From a virus (taxonomy: Duplodnaviria > Heunggongvirae > Uroviricota > Caudoviricetes), in the IMG/VR virus record IMGVR_UViG_3300047554_000375: DNA of 39,429 nt; one strand, written 5' to 3'. Position numbers and translations under genes: made by a program. The notes under the pieces are model-generated. The model did not search any database, was not told the DNA's origin, and saw only the letters and a list, made by a program, of their open reading frames with translations. Every line of letters begins with the position of its first letter. Position 1 is the first letter of the stretch. Below are positions 18,656 through 26,963 of the stretch, in pieces.

Positions 18656-19354
18656 ATGTTAAATGACAAATCACTAAAATCTGTTGCTGACGCCGTTGGC
18701 AAAATCATGGCAGAGGCACTAAAGGGCGACCAGCACAAGATTGACAAAAACAAAAACAACAAGATTGATGCACACGACTTCAAACTTCTACGCAAAGAAG
18801 GTTGGGACGATATGGTCAAGTCTGCTAAAGATGCAGTTAAATCTGGTCCTAAGCCAAATGGTGGTGCTGGCGTTAAGCAAGGCACAGCATATGGTGGCGG
18901 TAAGCAGAAAGATGAGAAGCCAGTGAAAGAGGAAGCATCACAAGCAGAATTCACCGCTGAATTGAAAAAAGCACAAGCAAAGGCTGCTGGTACAACAAAG
19001 CAGGCTGATGTTGCTAAGCCAGCAGTTCAAGCAGTTCAAAATGAAGAAACAGAATTGCAAGAAAAGCGTGGCTTGTGGGATAACATTCATGCAAAAAGAA
19101 AACGCATTGAAGCCGGCTCAGGAGAAAAAATGAGAAAACCTGGCTCTGAAGGCGCACCAACAGAAAAGGCTTTGAAGCAAGCACAAGAGAGTGTTGAACT
19201 TGAAGAGCGTTCATTGACTTCCGATGAAAAAGATAAAATGGAAAAAAATGTTAAAGGCATGAAAAAGAATCTTTCTGGTTTCAAAGAGCGTTATGGTAAA
19301 GATGCTAAGTCTGAAATGTACGCTACTGCAACTAAGCAAGCCAAAGGTGAATAA
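18656..19354 (+). CDS. Modular K/E-rich putative internal head protein with EF-hand-like loop
   Basis: AAGGA RBS; DKNKNNKIDAHD loop; modules bounded by IMAE, VKEE, LQE, LEE. Confidence 0.65.
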   Translation: MLNDKSLKSVADAVGKIMAEALKGDQHKIDKNKNNKIDAHDFKLLRKEGWDDMVKSAKDAVKSGPKPNGGAGVKQGTAYGGGKQKDEKPVKEEASQAEFTAELKKAQAKAAGTTKQADVAKPAVQAVQNEETELQEKRGLWDNIHAKRKRIEAGSGEKMRKPGSEGAPTEKALKQAQESVELEERSLTSDEKDKMEKNVKGMKKNLSGFKERYGKDAKSEMYATATKQAKGE

Positions 19355-19355
19355 T

Positions 19356-20681
19356 ATGAAAGCATTCGGCACATTGTTTACTGAATCTGTGCAAGAGGTG
19401 GAAAGCCTTGAAGAACAGATTCAGTTGCTGGACGAAATGCCAGGTGCTAATATGGACACCCGTGCCGTTCACAAACACTTGAAAAAACAAGGTTGGAGTT
19501 TAACTCGTTCATCTGGTGGGCATGATGTGTTCACACATCCTGATGCAAAACACCACATTCCAGTTCCTCGTCACCGTCAATTGAAAGCGCCACTTGTTAG
19601 AGGTATTTTGAAGCAATCACAAGTGCGTGAAGACATTGAAATAGGCGAAGAAGTTAAAGATGAATACACACGTAAAGTTGAAAAGTATTTGAAGAAAAAA
19701 TACAACAAGGAAGAAGTTGAACAATTGAAAGAAGGGCGCCCATCACAGCGTCATCCATTAGAAGGACATGAGTATCACAAGAAGACTGATGCTGAACTTG
19801 AGTACATCGCAAAAGATGCACATAAAGCCGCTGAAGCAATGAAAGGACACAATACTGATGCTGAAAACAAGTATCGTGACCAAGCAAGCGATTCTGCTAC
19901 TGTGCGTTACTTCCGTAAGAAGAACGGTATGCAACCATGGTACAAGAAAAAGTATGGTCATGTTAATGAAGAAGTGGTTGAAGAAGGTGCTAAGAGTGCG
20001 GGTGTGGGTTGGATGTTGAAAGCCGACCCTAAACTTGGTGATAAAGTTAAACAAAATAAAAACAGATACAAAGCAATGGTCAAAAGTTTTGGTAACAAAG
20101 ATGCTGGTAAATCTGTCAATGATAAAGTTATTAAAGAAGATGATGTTATCAATACAAATTCACCAAATTCTGTATTGAATAATCCTGCGACAACAACAAA
20201 TGTCACCAAGAAAAAGCAAGTGATTGATAGATACACTACGGGTAAATCATCCGCTGTTTCTGGTACAACTGTTGTTGCATCACCGAGAGAATCTGTTGAA
20301 ATTCAAGAAGGTCGTATGAAAGATATGGCAGGCGATACTGATTTTCATCCAACTGTCACAAAGAGCAAACCACCATTCGATGGTCCATATAAAACAAAAC
20401 CAAAGAATGTCACGGACAAATCTGGTGCAGTACATACACCAATGTCCCGTGCAAAAGACCTTGCTAAGAAAGCAGCCCGTAAAAACGGTGGCTTGAAGGA
20501 AGACAACGAAAACACTTTATCAAGTTACGATAAAGAAGACACACCAGCAAAGAAAACATTAAGTAAAACTGCTGGTATGGTAAAAGATTTGGCAGATAAA
20601 GCCAAAGTAAAAGCCAAAGGAAAGAAATCTGACGATACTTTTCAGCCAGAACCGGAATTGGCTTCCAACATCGTTAGATAA
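19356..20681 (+). CDS. Modular putative internal protein containing a HicA-like domain
   Basis: AAGGTG RBS; leader MKAFGTLFTE; LKKQGWSLTRSSGGHDVFTHP...IPVPRH...LVRGILKQ matches the HicA pattern. Confidence 0.7.
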   Translation: MKAFGTLFTESVQEVESLEEQIQLLDEMPGANMDTRAVHKHLKKQGWSLTRSSGGHDVFTHPDAKHHIPVPRHRQLKAPLVRGILKQSQVREDIEIGEEVKDEYTRKVEKYLKKKYNKEEVEQLKEGRPSQRHPLEGHEYHKKTDAELEYIAKDAHKAAEAMKGHNTDAENKYRDQASDSATVRYFRKKNGMQPWYKKKYGHVNEEVVEEGAKSAGVGWMLKADPKLGDKVKQNKNRYKAMVKSFGNKDAGKSVNDKVIKEDDVINTNSPNSVLNNPATTTNVTKKKQVIDRYTTGKSSAVSGTTVVASPRESVEIQEGRMKDMAGDTDFHPTVTKSKPPFDGPYKTKPKNVTDKSGAVHTPMSRAKDLAKKAARKNGGLKEDNENTLSSYDKEDTPAKKTLSKTAGMVKDLADKAKVKAKGKKSDDTFQPEPELASNIVR

Positions 20682-20688
20682 TAAGTTT

Positions 20689-20696
20689 AATAAATA
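20689..20696 (+). promoter_or_regulatory. Probable late promoter
   Basis: AATAAATA (7/8 match) in intergenic gap, followed by AAGGAG RBS. Confidence 0.5.
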
Positions 20697-20721
20697 TAAC
20701 AATAACAAAAGGAGACTTTAA

Positions 20722-21072
20722 ATGTCACTATGGTCAAATACAGACGCTAATACCAGCGCACCTAAGTTTGTGGGTGTTGGTGGTTCACCAACTCAAAGCG
20801 GTCTAACATTATATGCAAACACACAAACAAGCGCATTCATCACTAACCAAAAAGTTGGTGTGTTCGGCGTTGACGTGACCGAGCAAAGCGTTGCTGGTAA
20901 TCCAAAAGGCGGTCACGCTGGTTGGAACTTGATTAAGCAAGGTACTGGCGGTCGTGCGGGTCGTGTTCATGTAGAAACATTGGTAGCAATGGGTTCTATG
21001 GTCAGCGTTGCTAATGGTGGTTCAGACGGTTCTGCTACCGCTAACGATGACGTTACAATCGCAGACGCATAA
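20722..21072 (+). CDS. Probable small virion structural protein
   Basis: Strong RBS; MSLWS start, HAGW and ETLVAM motifs of the kind seen in T4-like phage structural proteins. Confidence 0.6.
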   Translation: MSLWSNTDANTSAPKFVGVGGSPTQSGLTLYANTQTSAFITNQKVGVFGVDVTEQSVAGNPKGGHAGWNLIKQGTGGRAGRVHVETLVAMGSMVSVANGGSDGSATANDDVTIADA

Positions 21073-21458
21073 TGATTGACTTTAAATCTTTTCTGACCGA
21101 AGAGATTGTAGAAGACACCACTGTTGAATCGGTGGTGGATTCTGCCGTTGTGTCCGGTGTAAACGATGCTCTCTACAAAAATTTAGATGCACCGTTTCTA
21201 ACACCACATGCAGGTATGCAAGAAATCAGAAAGATTCTTTTCATGTATGGTATTGATATGCCAGCAGTTTTTGAATTGGATGATGACGGTGATGAACTCG
21301 TATTGGATGCAAACTCATATGGTGATTCTCATTTAGGGTTACTATATATTCTATATTCGCTATCTGATGAAGGATATTATGAATTCTACGCTGAGGTTAC
21401 TGACGAGGCAGGAATTGAGAAATTACTTGCTGATGGAGCTGACGAACAAGTAGAGTAA
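21072..21458 (+). CDS. Acidic hypothetical protein with capsid-targeting-like leader
   Basis: TAATG coupling; MIDFKSFLTE. Confidence 0.6.
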   Translation: MIDFKSFLTEEIVEDTTVESVVDSAVVSGVNDALYKNLDAPFLTPHAGMQEIRKILFMYGIDMPAVFELDDDGDELVLDANSYGDSHLGLLYILYSLSDEGYYEFYAEVTDEAGIEKLLADGADEQVE

Positions 21459-21459
21459 A

Positions 21460-21852
21460 ATGTCCTTTGATGATTTGACAAGTGAAAATATATTGATATA
21501 TGCAGTTAAGGCTTACGATAAACCTAACTGCATTATGTCTGAGTTTAAAGAGGATATGAAACGATTCAATTATCTAAAGAGATTGTTTCGTAGATATCAA
21601 AAACAAGGTGAATTGAAAGAACGATTAGTTATCAATCACCTTGTTGTTTTGTATAATGTTTTTGGTGTAGAAGTAGCAACGAGGATGCTATTTTACAAAA
21701 TGAACAAAGAAGACTATGGCACATTGAAAACATTCTTGTTGTTTTTAAATTACATGCCTAAAGTTGTATATGGTATTAGAGGTAGTAACATTAATTCATC
21801 CGATATAATGGTAGACTTGATAATCGCAGAAAAGTTGAGAGAAATAAAATGA
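21460..21852 (+). CDS. Hypothetical protein of T4-like phage type
   Basis: EFKEDMKRFNYLKRLF, ERLVINHLVVLYNVFG motifs recalled from T4-like phages. Confidence 0.7.
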   Translation: MSFDDLTSENILIYAVKAYDKPNCIMSEFKEDMKRFNYLKRLFRRYQKQGELKERLVINHLVVLYNVFGVEVATRMLFYKMNKEDYGTLKTFLLFLNYMPKVVYGIRGSNINSSDIMVDLIIAEKLREIK

Positions 21853-22202
21853 AAAAGAATGTCAAGGAAGATATCGGAGCCGCACCTACGAATAGTGTCG
21901 GCGGTGGTGCTATCGCAGGTATCGGTGTAACAAACCCTAACTTACCAAATCAGGCGGAACCAGGTGTCAAAAAACGCAAAAAATTCGCAGGAAGCACTGT
22001 CTTCAAAGTGCCATCAAAATCATTTGTTATGGCTAGAATGCTTAAACGCAAGTATGTACGATTTGAACAATATCTCGGAGATGCAGATGTTGCAAGAGAA
22101 ATCGCCGAGTACGCAAACTCCAACTGGAAAGAAGCAATCATCATTGAAGATGAACAAACAGGAGCCATGATGTACTTGCGTTATGGTAAAGGAAACAGGT
22201 AA
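21849..22202 (+). CDS. Hypothetical protein, possibly virion-processed
   Basis: ATGA overlap; VKE followed by APTNSVGGGAIAG. Confidence 0.6.
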   Translation: MKKNVKEDIGAAPTNSVGGGAIAGIGVTNPNLPNQAEPGVKKRKKFAGSTVFKVPSKSFVMARMLKRKYVRFEQYLGDADVAREIAEYANSNWKEAIIIEDEQTGAMMYLRYGKGNR

Positions 22203-22609
22203 TGTGGATATTACAGTTTCTCCCTAACTGGATTTTCTATGCCATCTTAATAGGTGGCATTTTTGGTTTATTGCTTAACAGATATGTGCCACAGATTTAT
22301 AGACTGTATGTGCAGATTGGTTCAGCCGTAGCATTTGTTGTTGGTACATTCATGTCTGGTGCTATCCATGACAATGAAGCATGGCTTGCTAGAGTGCGTG
22401 AGATGGAAGCAAAAGTTGCCAAGGCTGAGGAACAAGCGAAAGAAGCAACAACACAAATTGATTCTAAAGTTGATAAACAAACAGTTAAGATTAAAGAGAA
22501 ACAAGTTGTTGTTAAAGAATACATCACCCGTGAAGTTGCTAAGTATGACAATCAATGTGTGATACCAAAAGAATTTATTGAAGCACACAATAAGGCAGCC
22601 CAGAAATGA
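22202..22609 (+). CDS. Inner-membrane spanin (Rz-like)
   Basis: N-terminal TM segments, then coiled coil, C-terminal Cys; directly upstream of a lipoprotein. Confidence 0.7.
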   Translation: MWILQFLPNWIFYAILIGGIFGLLLNRYVPQIYRLYVQIGSAVAFVVGTFMSGAIHDNEAWLARVREMEAKVAKAEEQAKEATTQIDSKVDKQTVKIKEKQVVVKEYITREVAKYDNQCVIPKEFIEAHNKAAQK

Positions 22610-22905
22610 GATTTGATGACAAATATTTTGTACAAGGCTTGGTTGTTATCACATTCATTTTGTTTGTGATGATGTTATCTGCGTGTTCAACAACAGTTCC
22701 TGTAACTGCTAAGTTTCCTGAGGCACCTAAGTTTGCAAAAGAGGCTTGCCCACAATTAGAAAAACTAAATAACGATGCAAAGTTAAGTGATGTAGCCACA
22801 ACTGTCACCAATAACTATTCGACATATTATGAATGCGCTGTGAAAAATGATGCTTGGATTGAGTGGTATCAAATACAGAAAACAATATTCGAAAGTGTAA
22901 AATAA
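22606..22905 (+). CDS. Outer-membrane spanin lipoprotein (Rz1-like)
   Basis: Signal peptide with lipobox LSAC; Pro-rich segment; two more Cys. Confidence 0.75.
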   Translation: MRFDDKYFVQGLVVITFILFVMMLSACSTTVPVTAKFPEAPKFAKEACPQLEKLNNDAKLSDVATTVTNNYSTYYECAVKNDAWIEWYQIQKTIFESVK

Positions 22906-23531
22906 TGGAATTGACAAAAGACCAACTGAAGCAATTGCTTCCAAAAAATCCCTACATCGACCAATGGCACAATGCTCTAACGCAATTGTTACCAGATTAT
23001 GATATTAATACTCCACAGCGTATCGCCGCATTCATGGCACAATGTGCTCACGAATCTGGTGGTTTCTTGTTTCTTAAAGAGAACTTGAATTATAAAGCCG
23101 CATCGCTACGCAAGATTTTCCCGAAGTATTTCCCTGATGATGCTATCGCAAACAAATACGCATCGTTGCCAAATAAAGCAGAGGCTATCGCAAACCGTAT
23201 CTATGCTAATCGTATGGGTAACGGACCAGAATCGTCTGGTGATGGTTACAGATTCTGTGGTCGTGGTCTAATTCAATTGACTGGCCGTGATAACTATACA
23301 TTCTTTGCTGGTTCACTACAAATCTCTGTTGAAGAAGCATCCGAGTACCTACAAACATTTGAAGGTGCCGCACAATCTGCTTGCTGGTTCTGGGAAACAA
23401 ATAACTTGAATCAATTCGCAGATAACGGTGACATTCTAACTATGACTAAGCGTATCAATGGTGGTACGATTGGTCTTGAAGACCGTATTAAACATTATGA
23501 ACACGCCCTACATGTTTTGGGAGTTCACTAA
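22905..23531 (+). CDS. Glycoside hydrolase family 19 endolysin
   Basis: AAFMAQCAHESGG, ENLNY, GRGLIQLTGRDNY, TKRINGG; TAATG coupling at 22905. Confidence 0.92.
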   Translation: MELTKDQLKQLLPKNPYIDQWHNALTQLLPDYDINTPQRIAAFMAQCAHESGGFLFLKENLNYKAASLRKIFPKYFPDDAIANKYASLPNKAEAIANRIYANRMGNGPESSGDGYRFCGRGLIQLTGRDNYTFFAGSLQISVEEASEYLQTFEGAAQSACWFWETNNLNQFADNGDILTMTKRINGGTIGLEDRIKHYEHALHVLGVH

Positions 23532-23815
23532 TGAATGATAAAAAAGTTGCTAAGTGGTTTGTAATTTTACTTTTACTTCCACTTGGTCTAGCATACTTCA
23601 GCGGTGATAGATTCCGCTATCCATGTCAAGACCCAGATAACTGGGACAAAGACTTTTGCCAATTACCTAAATGTGATGTGACCCGCACCTGCCCTGAACA
23701 CATATTCAAAGGACAGCGTGACCCTAGACAAGGACCTCCTAAAGATGGACAAACTCAATCAAATACTCCAGTATCTCAAGCAACACCTACACAAGGAGAA
23801 AAGTGTGGAAAATAA
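23531..23815 (+). CDS. Membrane-anchored Cys-rich small protein (lysis accessory candidate)
   Basis: One N-terminal TM; FRYPCQDP...C...C...C; GGAG RBS. Confidence 0.6.
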   Translation: MNDKKVAKWFVILLLLPLGLAYFSGDRFRYPCQDPDNWDKDFCQLPKCDVTRTCPEHIFKGQRDPRQGPPKDGQTQSNTPVSQATPTQGEKCGK

Positions 23816-24314
23816 TCAAGAAAACTTTATCTACACCGAAGAGCAGTTAATGGCTCGTTTGAAATTCTTCATCGGTATTTGCTTGTCTCTAACTCTATTT
23901 GGTATTGTGTTCGTTGTATTGTACTCACTAATTTTTGTGACACAACCATTGAATGCTATTTCACCTATCGACCAAAAGTTCTTTGAGTTGATTGTGCCTA
24001 TCGCTACATTCTTGACTGGTACACTATCAGGTATCATGTTAGCAGGCGGTGATAAAGATGCACAGAAAGAAGCATTGAAGGCAGCCAACAAAGGATGGGA
24101 ACGCCCACCAACACCTGTTGTAGTTGAAAAATCAACTGGTAGTGTGCCACTAGGTAATGGTGCTACATTCACACCTGGTATTTCAACAACACCAGCCACC
24201 GTGTCTGCAACATTTGGACAAATGACAACACAACCACCAGCATTTGCACCTTCAGTAACAACTGGCTTCGGTGGTAAAGAAGCTCCTGTTCAACCACCAC
24301 ATCCAGAAATCTAA
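23805..24314 (+). CDS. Two-TM membrane protein (holin candidate)
   Basis: AAGGAG RBS then GTG 23805; two hydrophobic helices and a Pro/Thr tail; lysis context. Confidence 0.55.
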   Translation: MENNQENFIYTEEQLMARLKFFIGICLSLTLFGIVFVVLYSLIFVTQPLNAISPIDQKFFELIVPIATFLTGTLSGIMLAGGDKDAQKEALKAANKGWERPPTPVVVEKSTGSVPLGNGATFTPGISTTPATVSATFGQMTTQPPAFAPSVTTGFGGKEAPVQPPHPEI

Positions 24315-24315
24315 T

Positions 24316-24528
24316 ATGAACTGGCTACAAAGTATGCTGTCAGATGGAACTAATAATTCCATCTCTAGCAAGAGAGTAATCACATTTTTAGCATTTATTT
24401 TGTGTGCATATGCATTTATCGCTAACATTTACGGCTTTCATGTCGATACTAAGTTATTCGATTCAATGATGTACATTGTAGTTGCTGGATTAGGATTTAC
24501 TGCATCAGAAAAATTTTCAAATAAATAA
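24316..24528 (+). CDS. Small two-TM membrane protein (holin candidate)
   Basis: SSKR followed by two TM helices; 70 aa. Confidence 0.55.
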   Translation: MNWLQSMLSDGTNNSISSKRVITFLAFILCAYAFIANIYGFHVDTKLFDSMMYIVVAGLGFTASEKFSNK

Positions 24529-24536
24529 GGAATCAT

Positions 24537-24752
24537 ATGAAAAATATTCTTAAATCAATCCTTCTATCACTAGCACTTATCACTTGTGCTTATGCTGGTG
24601 ATGCACCAAAAGAAACTACAAAAGTTTGTGTTGATGTTGTAAAAGATGGTAAGCCTGTAATGGATAAAAAAACTGGTAAGCCACAACAACAATGTAAAAC
24701 TATGAAGGTTCATAAGAAACTTGAAGGCACTGCCGTTCCTGAGAAAAAGTAA
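24537..24752 (+). CDS. Small secreted/periplasmic protein
   Basis: TAAGGA RBS; signal peptide ending AYA; Cys pair; ATAAATA at 24521. Confidence 0.6.
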   Translation: MKNILKSILLSLALITCAYAGDAPKETTKVCVDVVKDGKPVMDKKTGKPQQQCKTMKVHKKLEGTAVPEKK

Positions 24753-25190
24753 ATGGTACCTGAGAGCGAGATTGTAGAGTTAAAAGTTGATGTTGGTGTC
24801 CTGAAAACTCAGGTCGCCACATTGACTGCGCTTTGTAATAAAATGGATCAAGTCATTGAAAAGTTGATGGAAAAACAAGACATTAATACCAATAATATCT
24901 ACGATGACATGAACAATAAGAAACAAGAAACTCAGGCTGATATCAAAGAACTCCATTCTCGCATCACAACGGTTGACAGAAACCTATCTGATAAGTTAGA
25001 ATTGACTGAGCGTAGAATCATGGAGGAGATAAAATCTCTCCGTGATGATATTGCTGAACACAATAAAGCCGAAGATAAACAAATCAGTAAAATTCTGGAA
25101 TGGAAATGGATGGCCGCTGGTGGTATTGTTACACTAGCCTGGTTAGTTTCACACATAAAACTTGACTTCATTTCCAAGATAATTGGTTGA
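24753..25190 (+). CDS. Coiled-coil protein with C-terminal TM anchor
   Basis: Heptad pattern; WKWMAAGGIVTLAWLV. Confidence 0.65.
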   Translation: MVPESEIVELKVDVGVLKTQVATLTALCNKMDQVIEKLMEKQDINTNNIYDDMNNKKQETQADIKELHSRITTVDRNLSDKLELTERRIMEEIKSLRDDIAEHNKAEDKQISKILEWKWMAAGGIVTLAWLVSHIKLDFISKIIG

Positions 25191-25216
25191 CATTCATAGA
25201 GGGTTTCATATATAAT
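25187..25216 (+). promoter_or_regulatory. Sigma70 promoter of primase operon
   Basis: TTGACA (25187-25192) N18 TATAAT (25211-25216). Confidence 0.75.
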
Positions 25217-25224
25217 GAACCTCT

Positions 25225-26262
25225 ATGAGCCTTTCTACTGACCTAAAATATTTCCTCCTTATAACACCACGCTTTGAAAAGTATCAGCGCAAGTCTGATT
25301 ACCTATTCAATGTGCGTTGTCCCATATGTGGCGATTCACAAAAGAATAAAAGCAAGATGCGTGGTTATGTTTACCGCAAAAAGAATGACCTACTATACAA
25401 GTGCCATAACTGTGGTGCTGGTATGGGTATTGGTAATCTTATCAAACATTTAGATAATAACATACACCGTGAGTATATTATGGAACGATACAAATCTGGT
25501 GAAGGTCCATCTAACATGTTGAACCCGGTAAATAATCGTGTGTTTGATATACCAGCACCAAGATTTGGTAAACTAGAAACACCAACATACCAAAACGCAG
25601 AGCGTTGTGATTTACTACCATCACAACACTTCTGCCGTACATACCTTGAGAAACGAAATATACCTGAAAAGTTTTTCAGTAAACTGTATTTCACACCTAA
25701 CTTTGAAAAGTTTTGTAACGAGGTATATCCCAACCATGATAAAGAAATTGTGCCCGATGCACGATTGGTGATACCATTCTTTGATGAATGGAATTCACTA
25801 GCAGGTGTTTCTGGTCGTGCATTAGCCACGGCTGATACTAAGTTGCGATATGTCACATTGAAGACAAACGATAGTCCAAACAAGTTGATATATGGTCTGG
25901 ACCGTGTTGATTATGATAAGCCAGTCAAGGTTGTTGAGGGACCGATTGATTCGTTGTTTCTAAATAACTGCCTAGCCTCTGGCGATTCAAGCCTGCATGT
26001 GACAGCAAAATATTTTGAAGCAAAAGAAAAAATATTAATTTTTGATAATGAACCACGAAATAAAGAGATTGTCAAGTTAATGCAGGATGCTATCAAGTTA
26101 GGTCACGATATCGTAATTTGGCCTGATACCCTAACAAGTAAAGATATTAATGAGATGGTGATGAGTGGTATCTCACCTGATGAAATTGAAGAGATTATAA
26201 GTAATAATACCTTTAAAGGCCTAGAGGCTCAAGCGAAATTTGTTTTTTGGAAGAAAGTATAA
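25225..26262 (+). CDS. 61: DNA primase gp61
   Basis: RCPICGDS...KCHNCG zinc finger, VEGPIDSLF, FDNEPRN, KDINEM. Confidence 0.96.
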   Translation: MSLSTDLKYFLLITPRFEKYQRKSDYLFNVRCPICGDSQKNKSKMRGYVYRKKNDLLYKCHNCGAGMGIGNLIKHLDNNIHREYIMERYKSGEGPSNMLNPVNNRVFDIPAPRFGKLETPTYQNAERCDLLPSQHFCRTYLEKRNIPEKFFSKLYFTPNFEKFCNEVYPNHDKEIVPDARLVIPFFDEWNSLAGVSGRALATADTKLRYVTLKTNDSPNKLIYGLDRVDYDKPVKVVEGPIDSLFLNNCLASGDSSLHVTAKYFEAKEKILIFDNEPRNKEIVKLMQDAIKLGHDIVIWPDTLTSKDINEMVMSGISPDEIEEIISNNTFKGLEAQAKFVFWKKV

Positions 26263-26263
26263 T

Positions 26264-26944
26264 ATGAGAGTGAAATTAATTAGTTACAGTAAGCCATCCC
26301 GTGGCATGTATGATGAGGGACTAACAGACTTGCAAGAGTTGATTGCATTCTGTGCAAGGGTGTCCAATCCTAGCAACCAGTTTAATATGGACACAAGTGA
26401 GAAGTTGATTAAGTATTTGGTGAAGAACAAACACTGGTCTCCATTGGAGATGGTGAGTGCATGTATTGAGATTGAAACAACAAGAGATATTGCACGACAA
26501 ATCTTGCGTCATCGTTCATTCTCTTTCCAAGAATTCAGTCAGCGTTATGCGGACCCAACAAAAGATTTAGATTTTGTTTTGCGTGAAGCGAGATTTCAAG
26601 ATACAAAGAATCGTCAGAATTCTATTGAGATTAATATGCAGAATGACGATGACCGTAGATTAGCATTTCAATGGGAAGAACAACAAAAGAGAGTTATCAA
26701 TGCGGCTAAAGAGGCATACTCTTGGGCTGTTGAACATGGTATTGCAAAAGAACAAGCACGAGCCGTATTGCCTGAAGGTAACACAGTAAGTCGCATGTAT
26801 ATGAATGGAAGTCTGCGTTCTTGGATCCACTACATAGAACTCAGGGCTGAAAATGGCACACAGAAAGAACACAGAGAGATTGCTAAGGCAATTGCACAAA
26901 TTATCGCTGAGGTATTTCCCTTGGCAAATGAATTCGTAAAATAA
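26264..26944 (+). CDS. thyX: Flavin-dependent thymidylate synthase ThyX
   Basis: HWSPLE, QILRHRSFSFQEFSQRY, EQARAVLP. Confidence 0.96.
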   Translation: MRVKLISYSKPSRGMYDEGLTDLQELIAFCARVSNPSNQFNMDTSEKLIKYLVKNKHWSPLEMVSACIEIETTRDIARQILRHRSFSFQEFSQRYADPTKDLDFVLREARFQDTKNRQNSIEINMQNDDDRRLAFQWEEQQKRVINAAKEAYSWAVEHGIAKEQARAVLPEGNTVSRMYMNGSLRSWIHYIELRAENGTQKEHREIAKAIAQIIAEVFPLANEFVK

Positions 26945-26963
26945 TAATAATTGGAGTAAGAAT

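Noticed and set aside
19293-19355. Upstream extensions given by the ORF track (also 7768, 9472, 22863, 23718, 24271, 26240, 29616, 34464, 34996, 38755)
   Set aside because: Downstream starts fit RBS position, stop-start coupling or promoter position better
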